Part shown: piece after piece, positions 27,291 through 35,064 of the stretch
Layout: the number at the start of each line of letters is the position of its first letter
Position numbering within the stretch: position 1 is the stretch's first letter
Source: an uncultured Sphingomonas sp.
Lineage (GTDB): Bacteria > Pseudomonadota > Alphaproteobacteria > Sphingomonadales > Sphingomonadaceae
Direction: 5' to 3'
DNA: 64,000 nucleotides
Assembly (NCBI RefSeq): GCF_913777625.1
Contig: NZ_CAJYTI010000010.1
Span: 175,095 to 239,094, forward strand
Notes under the pieces: generated by a model
Told to the model about the DNA's origin: nothing
Seen by the model: the letters and a program-made list of their open reading frames with translations, nothing else
Database searches by the model: none
Translations under genes and position numbers: made by a program

Positions 27291-27841
27291 TGCTGGATCA
27301 GGTCCTGAATGAGCACTTCCTTGATCATGCCCGGGCCGAGCGCCTGGGTGGCACGCACCATCAGCTCTTCCTTCAGCCGGAACACCGCCGCCGAGCCGCC
27401 CAGATCCTCGGGGCGCAGCTCGCGCAGGAAGGGCTGATAGGCATCGAGCACCACCGGCAGCTTGTCCTTGAGCGACGCCTCGGTCGCCTTGGGGCCGGGC
27501 ACGAGCATCAGGTGCAGCTTCAGGAACTTCGCCGAGCCGTCGGGCGAGCGCAGGTTCACCGAGACGGTGGGAACGTCGACGAACTTGCCTTCGCCTTCCT
27601 TGCCGCCTTCCTTGCCCTTGGCTTCGCCTTCGCCCTCGCCATGCCCTTCGTCGGCGGCGGCTTCGTCACCATGGCTCTTTTCGGCCTTGGTCGCGCTCTT
27701 GCCGCCCATGAAGAACGCCGCACCGCCGCCGCCCAGCGTAAGCGCGGCCACTGTCGCGGCGCCGATGATGATCAGCTTCTTTTTCTTGTTGGGCGCCGGG
27801 GCCACCTGCGCGCTCTTATCCTCGACGATCTCGGCCGACAT
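27287..27841 (-). CDS. fliL: Flagellar basal-body protein FliL
   Basis: KKKKLIII TM segment, VNLRS...KFLKLHL, FLRELRPEDL GGSA VFRLKEEL, VLIQDLIQQ. Confidence 0.92.
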   Translation of the reverse strand: MSAEIVEDKSAQVAPAPNKKKKLIIIGAATVAALTLGGGGAAFFMGGKSATKAEKSHGDEAAADEGHGEGEGEAKGKEGGKEGEGKFVDVPTVSVNLRSPDGSAKFLKLHLMLVPGPKATEASLKDKLPVVLDAYQPFLRELRPEDLGGSAAVFRLKEELMVRATQALGPGMIKEVLIQDLIQQ

Positions 27842-27897
27842 AGCTTCCCTGGACCTTCCGAAATATCGGCCGCGACGTCCGCACGTCCGATTTCCCT

Positions 27898-27930
27898 CTA
27901 TTATAGAACCGTCACCCGGCAATTTCTGCC
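27898..27930. promoter_or_regulatory. Divergent fliL/flgF control region: palindromic CTATTATAG plus ftr-like box
   Basis: CTATTATAG 27898-27906; GGCAATTTCTGCC 27918-27930. Confidence 0.6.
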
Positions 27931-27958
27931 TAGTGACCATTTTTCGAAGGACGGTCCG

Positions 27959-28699
27959 GTGGACATCTCTTCTTATGTGCTCCTCAGCCAGGAGCAGGCG
28001 CTGCGGCGCCGGATGGATGTGGTGGCGAACAACCTCGCCAACATGAATACGGTCGGGTTCAAGCGCGAGCAGCCGGTGTTCCGCGAATATGTGGAGAACA
28101 CCGACAGCGCGGTGAAGCCCGCCGAAAAGACATCGTTCGTGCTGGATTACGGCGCGGTGCACGATGCCTCGAATGGCGCCTTCCAGCCGACCGGCAACCC
28201 GCTCGACGTGATGATCGACGGGCCGGGCTATCTGGCGGTTCAGGCCGGCGACGGCACCACCGCCTACACGCGCGCAGGCTATGTGAAGGTGCTGGAGAGC
28301 GGCGAACTCGCCACCGCCGGCGGCCAGGTGATCCTGGGCGAGGGCGGCAAGCCGATCAAGATTCCGCCTGAGGAAGCCGGCAAGGTCAATGTGAATGCCG
28401 ACGGCACGGTGATGGGCGAGAACGGCCCGCTCGGCCGTATCGCGGTGACGGTGTTCAACGACGAGGCGGTGGTCGATCCGCGCGGTAACGGCATGTTCAG
28501 CGCGACCGGTGGCCGCGAGCTGCCGGCCAGCGCGACCAAGCTGGTGAGCGGCGGTGTCGAGGGCTCGAACGTCAATGCGATCGTCGAGACGACCGACATG
28601 ATCCAGATCCTTCGCGCCTACCAGACCAGCCAGAGCCTTTCGAACTCGATGTCGGACATGCGCAAGAGCGCGATCGACAAGCTCGGCCGCGTCAGCTGA
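27959..28699 (+). CDS. flgF: Flagellar rod protein FlgF
   Basis: GTG start with GAAGGA RBS; VANNLANMNTVGFK, TGNPLDVMIDG, YTRAG, EGSNVNAI. Confidence 0.95.
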   Translation: MDISSYVLLSQEQALRRRMDVVANNLANMNTVGFKREQPVFREYVENTDSAVKPAEKTSFVLDYGAVHDASNGAFQPTGNPLDVMIDGPGYLAVQAGDGTTAYTRAGYVKVLESGELATAGGQVILGEGGKPIKIPPEEAGKVNVNADGTVMGENGPLGRIAVTVFNDEAVVDPRGNGMFSATGGRELPASATKLVSGGVEGSNVNAIVETTDMIQILRAYQTSQSLSNSMSDMRKSAIDKLGRVS

Positions 28700-28721
28700 A
28701 TTTCATAGAGGAATCAAAACC

Positions 28722-29504
28722 ATGCGTACGCTCTCCATCGCTGCGACCGGCATGCTGGCCCAGCAGACCAATGTCGATGTGATCTCGAACAACATCGCGA
28801 ACATGAACACCACCGCGTACAAGAAGCAGCGCGCCGAGTTCCAGGACCTGCTCTACCAGCAGGTGTCGCGGCCCGGTGCCTCGACGGGGGGCGAGACCAA
28901 GGTGCCCGCCGGCATCCAGATCGGTTCGGGCGTGAAGACGGGCGGGGTCTATCGCATCAACGAGCAGGGCGCGACGACCCAGACCGGCAATCCCTATGAT
29001 CTGGCGATCCAGGGCCATGGCTATTTTCAGGTGAAGATGCCGGACGGTACCACCGCCTATACCCGCGACGGCTCCTTCCAGGTTTCCGACCAGGGCGAAC
29101 TGGTGACGCAGGACGGCTATCCGGTGGAGCCGGGCATCACGCTGCCGCAGGGTGCACTCGACGTCAGCGTGTCGAAGACCGGCCTGGTCGAGGTGACGGT
29201 GGCGGGCAACACCCAGCCGCAGCAGCTCGGCCAGCTCCAGCTTGCCCGCTTCATGAACGAGTCCGGGCTCGAGGCGAAGGGCGGTAACCTGTTCGTCGAG
29301 ACCGCGGCATCGGGCCAGCCGACGGTGGCCGCGCCCGGCGACCCGGGTATGGGCACGCTGACCCAAGGCTTCATCGAGGCCTCGAACGTCAACCCGGTCT
29401 CGGAAATCACCTCGCTGATCACCGCCCAGCGCGCCTATGAGATGAACAGCCGCGTGGTGAAGACTGCCGACGAGATGCTGGCGACGACCAGCCAGCTGCG
29501 CTGA
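28722..29504 (+). CDS. flgG: Flagellar distal rod protein
   Basis: ISNNIANMNTTAYKKQRAEFQDLLYQ, YTRDGSF, EASNVNPVSEI. Confidence 0.97.
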   Translation: MRTLSIAATGMLAQQTNVDVISNNIANMNTTAYKKQRAEFQDLLYQQVSRPGASTGGETKVPAGIQIGSGVKTGGVYRINEQGATTQTGNPYDLAIQGHGYFQVKMPDGTTAYTRDGSFQVSDQGELVTQDGYPVEPGITLPQGALDVSVSKTGLVEVTVAGNTQPQQLGQLQLARFMNESGLEAKGGNLFVETAASGQPTVAAPGDPGMGTLTQGFIEASNVNPVSEITSLITAQRAYEMNSRVVKTADEMLATTSQLR

Positions 29505-29932
29505 TGTCCGCGCTGCTGGGCCTCGCGCTGCTGGCGGCGGCTCCTGCCCAAGACGTACCGGTGGCGGTGGTTCAGCAGCCGGTCGCGCGTGGGGAGCGGA
29601 TCGAACAGGGCGACCTTTCGATCGAGACCCGGCCAGAAGCCGGAGCGCGCGGTGCGCTGCGCCCGGAGCAGGTCATCGGTATGGAGGCGGCGCGTGCGCT
29701 GTCGACCGGCACCGTTGTGCGCCAAGGCGACGTGATGAAACCGCAGCTGGTCAAGCGCGGCGAGCCCGTCACGGCGAAGATCGTGTCCGGCTCGCTCGTC
29801 ATCACCGCGGCCGGGCGTGCGCTCGGCGGCGGCGCCCAGGGCGATCCGGTGCGGATCGTCGTCACCGCTACCAACCGCACGCTCGACGGCATCGTCGATG
29901 GCTCGGGCACGGTGCGGATCTCCACTCCCTGA
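29504..29932 (+). CDS. flgA: P-ring assembly chaperone
   Basis: Signal peptide, SAF-like domain, LVKRGEPV...GRALGGGAQGDPVRI. Confidence 0.88.
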   Translation: MSALLGLALLAAAPAQDVPVAVVQQPVARGERIEQGDLSIETRPEAGARGALRPEQVIGMEAARALSTGTVVRQGDVMKPQLVKRGEPVTAKIVSGSLVITAAGRALGGGAQGDPVRIVVTATNRTLDGIVDGSGTVRISTP

Positions 29933-29943
29933 GGGACAGGTAT

Positions 29944-30693
29944 ATGCGTAAGATCATTCTGGCGGTGGCGCTCACCGCCACGCTTTCGGGCTGCGGTGCG
30001 GTCGGCCGGCTGAAATCGGTCGGCAAGGCGCCGAAGCTCACCGCGATGGACCCGGTCGATGCGCCGGATGTCGAGCCGTCGCTGGCCTCGCCGCTCGATC
30101 GCTCGAACCGTACGCGCCCGGCGCAGCCGGCCAGCGCGCCGACCGCGTCGCTGTTCCGCACCGGCGCCGGCGCCTTCTTCCGCGATCAGCGCGCCGGCCG
30201 GGTGGGCGACATCCTGACGATCAAGATCGCGATCGCCGACAAGGCCGATATCGGCAACAACACCTCGCGCACGCGCGGGGGCAGCGAAGCGGGCGGCGTC
30301 GCGGGCTTGCTCGGTTTGGAGACGCCGCTCAAGAAGCTGACCGGAAGCGATCCTTCAAAGCTGGTCGACACCAGCTCCACCTCCAAATACACCGGCGGCG
30401 GCACGACCAACCGATCGGAGACGATCAACATGACGATGGCCGCGATCGTTACCCAGGTGCTGCCCAATGGCAATTTGATGATCCGCGGCCGGCAGGAAGT
30501 GCGGGTGAACTTCGAGATGCGCGAGCTGATCGTCACCGGCATCATCCGGCCGGAGGACATCGCCCGCGACAATTCGATCCAGCACAGCCAGATCGCCGAA
30601 GCGCGCGTGATCTATGGCGGCAAGGGCCAACTGACCGACGCGCAGCAGGCGCGCTGGGGGCAGCAGATCTACGATGCCCTCTTCCCGTTCTGA
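29944..30693 (+). CDS. flgH: L-ring lipoprotein
   Basis: Lipobox LSGC, FRDQRAGRVGDILTI, VLPNGNLMIRG, IAEARVIYGG. Confidence 0.96.
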   Translation: MRKIILAVALTATLSGCGAVGRLKSVGKAPKLTAMDPVDAPDVEPSLASPLDRSNRTRPAQPASAPTASLFRTGAGAFFRDQRAGRVGDILTIKIAIADKADIGNNTSRTRGGSEAGGVAGLLGLETPLKKLTGSDPSKLVDTSSTSKYTGGGTTNRSETINMTMAAIVTQVLPNGNLMIRGRQEVRVNFEMRELIVTGIIRPEDIARDNSIQHSQIAEARVIYGGKGQLTDAQQARWGQQIYDALFPF

Positions 30694-30719
30694 TCGTCAA
30701 TAGCGCGTTGATATACAGT

Positions 30720-30755
30720 GAAGGGCTCGTCGCTTGTCGCGGCGAGCCCTTTTCA
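30720..30755 (+). terminator. Intrinsic terminator after flgH
   Basis: GAAGGGCTCGTCG...CGGCGAGCCCTTTTCA. Confidence 0.7.
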
Positions 30756-30757
30756 TA

Positions 30758-30841
30758 TTTACCGAAACTTTACCTTAATCATCCGGTAACCATCAAAATT
30801 TTCAGGAGAAATTTTGATGGAGGCGATTTTCTTCCCACAAT
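30758..30841 (+). promoter_or_regulatory. Flagellin upstream region: tandem CtrA-like boxes, 12-bp inverted repeat, -10-like motif
   Basis: TTTA-N7-TTTA 30758-30772; TTAA-N7-GTAAC 30775-30790; CCATCAAAATTT-N7-AAATTTTGATGG 30790-30820; CCACAAT 30835-30841. Confidence 0.5.
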
Positions 30842-30931
30842 GATCGTGCAGGGCGCAGCAAGCGCCCGGTCGAGGGTCGGCGCTTCCGGCCCGGGTCGCA
30901 GAAGCGGCTCTATTCCAAGAAGGAAATCACC

Positions 30932-31786
30932 ATGGCTTTTTCCGTTAACACCAACGTCGGCGCGATGGCGGCTCTGCAGAGCCTGAGCCAGACGCAGAAG
31001 GACCTGTCGACCACCCAGAGCCGCATCAACACCGGTCTCGCGGTTTCGTCGACCAAGGATGACTCGGCGACCTACACGATCGCCCAGGGCCTTCGCAGCG
31101 ATCTGGGCGGCCTCAAGTCGGTTTCTTCGTCGCTCAGCCGCGCCAAGAGCGTGACCGACGTCGCGGTTGCCGGTGCCGAGCAGATCTCCGACATCGTCAA
31201 CCAGATGAAGGCGAAGGCCTATCAGGCTGCTGACGCCGGCCAGACCACGGACAGCCGTACCCAGCTGAACAACGACTTCACCGCGCTGCGTGACCAGATC
31301 ACCACGATCGTGAACTCGGCCAACTTCAACGGCACCAACCTGCTGAAGAGCGGCGGCGGCACCGTGACGGCCCTGCAGTCGCTGCAGGACTCGAACACCG
31401 CGACCACGGCCTGGAACCCGGACTCGCTCTCGGTTGCCAACCAGGCGCTGGACCTCGGCGGCTCGAACATCACGATCGCCTCGACCGCGACGATCAGCAC
31501 CCAGGCTTCGGCCCAGGCGATGATCGACACGATCACCACCACGCAGAGCAACCTGACGGCGGTTCTGGGCAAGCTCGGCGCGGCTTCGCGCAAGATCGAC
31601 GCCCAGCAGGCGTTTACCAGCAAGCTCTCGGACGTGATCGACAGCGGCATCGGCAACCTCGTCGACGCCGATCTGGCGAAGGAATCGGCGAAGCTGCAGG
31701 CGCTGCAGGTCAAGCAGCAGCTCGGTGTGCAGGCTCTGTCGATCGCCAACCAGGCGCCGCAGACCATCACGTCGCTGTTCCGCTAA
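30932..31786 (+). CDS. fliC: Flagellin (short, Caulobacter Flj-like)
   Basis: SVNTNVGAMAALQSL, RINTGLAVSSTKDD, FNGTNLL, LVDADLAKESAKLQALQVKQQLG...LFR. Confidence 0.97.
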   Translation: MAFSVNTNVGAMAALQSLSQTQKDLSTTQSRINTGLAVSSTKDDSATYTIAQGLRSDLGGLKSVSSSLSRAKSVTDVAVAGAEQISDIVNQMKAKAYQAADAGQTTDSRTQLNNDFTALRDQITTIVNSANFNGTNLLKSGGGTVTALQSLQDSNTATTAWNPDSLSVANQALDLGGSNITIASTATISTQASAQAMIDTITTTQSNLTAVLGKLGAASRKIDAQQAFTSKLSDVIDSGIGNLVDADLAKESAKLQALQVKQQLGVQALSIANQAPQTITSLFR

Positions 31787-31820
31787 GAGCCCAAGGCCCA
31801 ACCCTGGGGGCCAAAGGCTT

Positions 31821-31862
31821 GAGGGGGTCGGGATGGTTCGCCATCCCGACCCTCTTTTTTTG
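31821..31862 (+). terminator. Intrinsic terminator after flagellin
   Basis: GGGTCGGGATGG-TTCG-CCATCCCGACCC followed by a T run. Confidence 0.9.
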
Positions 31863-31926
31863 TTTGCCGTGAGGGTGCAAGCTATACGCGGCGTTTCTAC
31901 AGGGATCGAGAAGGGGAGAGCCGGCA

Positions 31927-32328
31927 TTGTTTCCGCGCATTCGTGAAATTACCGATGCCTTTGGCGGGCGCCTGCGCGTGAGCGTCGAGGAGCATCCCGC
32001 GGGTGCGCTGGTGGTGCTGGAACGACCCGATCTGAACGGCCGTCCGCGCGTCCTGCTCGATGGATATGGCGTCGACGTGCTGGCCGGCTACATCATGTCG
32101 GCGCGGCTTTCGGTGCCGCAGGGGCTGCCGGAAGAGCATGTCGACGGCACCTTCTCCACGCGCCTCAGTCTCGATCTCGATCCGTCGGCATGCCTCGTGC
32201 TGCGCCAGGGAGGCCTGGAGGCCCTGGAGATCGCGGCGCCCTTCTGGGACCGGCTCTACGCCGAGCTTTCCATCGTTGCCGCCCATGCCCGCGAACTCAC
32301 CCGGCGGGCCGAAGCGCGCGTTCACTGA
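31927..32328 (+). CDS. Hypothetical protein
   Basis: 133-aa ORF, TTG start after GGGGAGAG, coding-like codon use; no family recognised. Confidence 0.7.
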   Translation: MFPRIREITDAFGGRLRVSVEEHPAGALVVLERPDLNGRPRVLLDGYGVDVLAGYIMSARLSVPQGLPEEHVDGTFSTRLSLDLDPSACLVLRQGGLEALEIAAPFWDRLYAELSIVAAHARELTRRAEARVH

Positions 32329-32334
32329 CCCCGG

Positions 32335-32645
32335 CGCGCAGCACGGTTTCCTCGTGCCCGGCGTGTCGTGCGGGGCTCCATCTCTGGAACCCGGGACGCA
32401 GAAGGAAGGGGGGAGGCGGCGCCGCCGGCTGGCGTAGCAGCAACCCGACATGGCGTCCGCTCCGCATCGGGAGGCAGGGCGGGCAGGGATGCAAGGCCGC
32501 GGCGCGGCAGGCCGGCTCGGCCGTTCCCCGAAATGCGAGCGGCAGGCCAGTTGGGGGGAACTGGCCTGCCGCTGTGCCAGGCGGGGGGGGCCCGGCAATT
32601 AGGGGAGAGCGAAGATCGTGAGGGGATCGGAACGTCCTCGCTGCT
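32335..32645 (-). ncRNA. Candidate structured sRNA with C-rich hairpin loops
   Basis: Minus-strand hairpins with C7 loop (32575-32597), C6 loop on a 15-bp perfect stem (32538-32573) and GAGA tetraloop (32373-32392); TATAAC at 32655-32660. Boundaries are guesses. Confidence 0.35.
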
Positions 32646-32758
32646 CCTGCTATTGTTATATCGGAAATCCCGCACGAAGAGAAACGAAACTGGTTCTATC
32701 GGGCTACAGGATTTGTACCTAGGCAGATCCCCTTACGTATCGTTACGGTAGAAGTAAC

Positions 32759-33424
32759 TTACTTGGTGATGCGTAGGATCATGCTCGTGGGGTACTGTGC
32801 TCCGTTCACCGAAATCACCGGGGATCCATTGATCATCTGGACGTCGTCAACCTTGCCGACTGCATTGGCAGTGGTGGTGATCTTTGCGCCCGCGTCCGTC
32901 GTCCCCGTCAGCTGCAGCTGGTAAAGACCGCTGTCCACCTTCTTGCCGGTGCTGGTGGTGCCGTCCCAGCTGAAGTTGCCCGACGTGCCGCTCACCTTCA
33001 GATCGAAGCTGTCGACCTTGCTGCCCTTGTCGTCGAGAATGGTGGCGGTGAGGCCGGAGACCGCGTTGGTCGCGCTCCAGTCCCATTGCGCCGGTGCCGA
33101 TGCGCTGAGCGCCGCCTTGTCGGAATCGAGCCGCACCGGCTGACCGATCACCGCCGAGGTGGTGGTGAGCGAGGTCATGTTGAGGTTCGACAGGATCGAA
33201 TTCAGCGTCGTGTTCTGCTTGATCGACTGTTCTACCTGCGAATACTGGACCAGCTGCTGCGTGTACTGGCTGCTGTCCATGGGATTGGTGGGATCCTGGT
33301 TCTGCAGCTGCGTGGTGAGCAGTTTCAGGAACATGTTGTAGTCGCCGGTGAGCGATGCGGTCGCAGCGCTGGTCGAGCTCTGCGCGGCGCTGGTCGAGCT
33401 GGTGGCGGAAGAAACGAGGGTCAT
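32759..33424 (-). CDS. flgD: Hook capping protein
   Basis: FLKLLTTQLQNQDPTNPMDSSQYTQQLVQYSQVEQ. Confidence 0.96.
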   Translation of the reverse strand: MTLVSSATSSTSAAQSSTSAATASLTGDYNMFLKLLTTQLQNQDPTNPMDSSQYTQQLVQYSQVEQSIKQNTTLNSILSNLNMTSLTTTSAVIGQPVRLDSDKAALSASAPAQWDWSATNAVSGLTATILDDKGSKVDSFDLKVSGTSGNFSWDGTTSTGKKVDSGLYQLQLTGTTDAGAKITTTANAVGKVDDVQMINGSPVISVNGAQYPTSMILRITK

Positions 33425-33433
33425 GCGCTACTC

Positions 33434-34987
33434 CTAGGCGATGAGGTCGACCTGGCCGTCGCTCCGGACCGGGCGATAGGCTGCGGTCTGGATGTCGGGT
33501 TCGTCCTGAAACTGCTGGTTGCTGCCGCGCGACTGCCCCTGCTGCTGCGAGGCCGACTGGCCGTTCGCATTGCTGCCGGTACCGCCGTCGCGGCTCTCGA
33601 AGCGGAAGCTGCCGGCGTCGCTGCGGATGCCCGCCTGATCGAGCGCGCGGCCGAGGTCGGGGGCGTCCTGGCGCAGCAGGTCGAGCGTGTGCTGGCTGTC
33701 CGCCCGCATCGTCGCCTGGACGCGGCCATTGTCGTCGAACGCCAGCGTCACTTCGACGCGGCCGAGCTCGGCGGGGTTGAGGCGAACCCGCAGCGTATCC
33801 TCGCCGGCATCCACCTTGCGCGCGATCTCGACGCCGAGGCTGCGGCCGAGTTCGCCGACGCGGCCGTTGATCACGGGCTCGCCGGACGCGGGCGCTGCGG
33901 TGTGGGCGGCGGCCGCCGGGGCTGCAGCCTGGGTCGGCGTGGCGGTAGGCAGCGGCTGAACGGCCACGTGCCGGGTATCGACCGCGGCGAGTTGCTGCGC
34001 AAAAGGCTGCGGGTTGCCTTCGCCCTTGGCACCGCTATCGGCGGCCCCGCTGCCCGCTTGGCCGGCCACGGCGCGGGCGAGCTCGGTCGTCTTGTCCGCA
34101 GCAGCCGGGGTGGGCGTGGTATCGCCGGCGATTGCCGTCTCCACTTTGCTCGTGCGGACCGCGATCGTGCCTTCGTTCTTCGCCGTAGCGGTCGTGCGAG
34201 GCGCTGCCGGCACCGTCGGGGCGGCCTGTACGGCGGTAGCCTGGGGCACCGCGACAGGCTGGGGTTGCGCTCGGGCGCCCGCCACCGCCACGTCGGGCGC
34301 GGCGGGCAGGTCGTCGGACGGTTTCGTGCGGAGCGGCTTGCCGCTGGTCTTCGCCGGGAGCGTGGCTTCCGGAAGCGCCAGTCCGTCCGCGTCGGGCTTG
34401 GCCGGGGCGTCGAGGGCGACACCGTCCCCCGCCTGCGGCTGCCCAGCGGTCGCATCTGCCGGCGGGGTGATTTTGGCCAGGACGCGCGTCACGGCCGTCT
34501 TCGCGACGTTGGCGGGTTGCGCGGCGGTCGGCGTCTTGGGCGCCGCCTCGACTGGGTTTGGCGTCGCGGCGGCGACATCGCTCGGTTTCAGCTCGCCGGT
34601 GGCTGGGGCGACAGGTTTCGCAAGGGCCTTGGCAATGGCATCGGCCAGCGGGTTGCCACCTGCCACCACCGTGGGGGCCGCGGCTATCGGGGCGGCGGTA
34701 GCGAGCAGCTGCGTCATCGGCACCTGGGGACGATCACTCGAGACCGGCAGCGTCTCGGCGTCCGCGCTGCCGGGCAGCAGCGCGGCGCCGGTCTGTGCTG
34801 GGATCGTCGCGGGCTGCGTCGTCGCGAAGGATCCGAAGACGGGCGTGCCGAACACCAGGCCGGCTTGTGCGGCATTGGCCGTGCCGGTGCCGAGCAGCCC
34901 TGCAAATCCTGTGCCCGTCGCGGCATCGGCACCAGCCGCTGGTGTGGCGGAGGTTGCAAGGGGAGAGCCGATGTTCGTGACGTTCAT
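33434..34987 (-). CDS. fliK: Hook-length control protein
   Basis: Long Ala/Pro/Thr-rich N-terminus; C-terminal LRVRLNPAELGRVEV...DLLRQDAPDLGRALDQAG; upstream of flgD. Confidence 0.9.
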   Translation of the reverse strand: MNVTNIGSPLATSATPAAGADAATGTGFAGLLGTGTANAAQAGLVFGTPVFGSFATTQPATIPAQTGAALLPGSADAETLPVSSDRPQVPMTQLLATAAPIAAAPTVVAGGNPLADAIAKALAKPVAPATGELKPSDVAAATPNPVEAAPKTPTAAQPANVAKTAVTRVLAKITPPADATAGQPQAGDGVALDAPAKPDADGLALPEATLPAKTSGKPLRTKPSDDLPAAPDVAVAGARAQPQPVAVPQATAVQAAPTVPAAPRTTATAKNEGTIAVRTSKVETAIAGDTTPTPAAADKTTELARAVAGQAGSGAADSGAKGEGNPQPFAQQLAAVDTRHVAVQPLPTATPTQAAAPAAAAHTAAPASGEPVINGRVGELGRSLGVEIARKVDAGEDTLRVRLNPAELGRVEVTLAFDDNGRVQATMRADSQHTLDLLRQDAPDLGRALDQAGIRSDAGSFRFESRDGGTGSNANGQSASQQQGQSRGSNQQFQDEPDIQTAAYRPVRSDGQVDLIA

Positions 34988-35031
34988 GCAGTCGCCTCAT
35001 GCGCAGGGCGGAAGTGCAGCCCTTCCAGACC

Positions 35032-35040
35032 ATTATAGAG
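35032..35040 (-). promoter_or_regulatory. TYCTATAA -10-like motif
   Basis: Minus-strand CTCTATAAT 44 nt upstream of the fliK ATG. Confidence 0.55.
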
Positions 35041-35064
35041 GGATCGTTCCACCCGCGGGCCCGA

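Noticed and set aside
6272-32328. Several hypothetical proteins and the sigma factor end in His (ASYH, AALH, AGAH, ARVH)
   Set aside because: Small numbers and no established signal; CAT/CAC before TGA is common
32297-32751. Short ORFs in the fliC-flgD gap (32297-32494 -, 32322-32675 -, 32368-32751 +)
   Set aside because: Biased Pro/Arg/Gly composition derived from GC-rich hairpins; the RNA-structure explanation fits better
33850-34987. Low-complexity Ala/Pro/Thr tract as a separate adhesin
   Set aside because: It is the disordered ruler region of FliK, in frame with the FliK C-terminal domain
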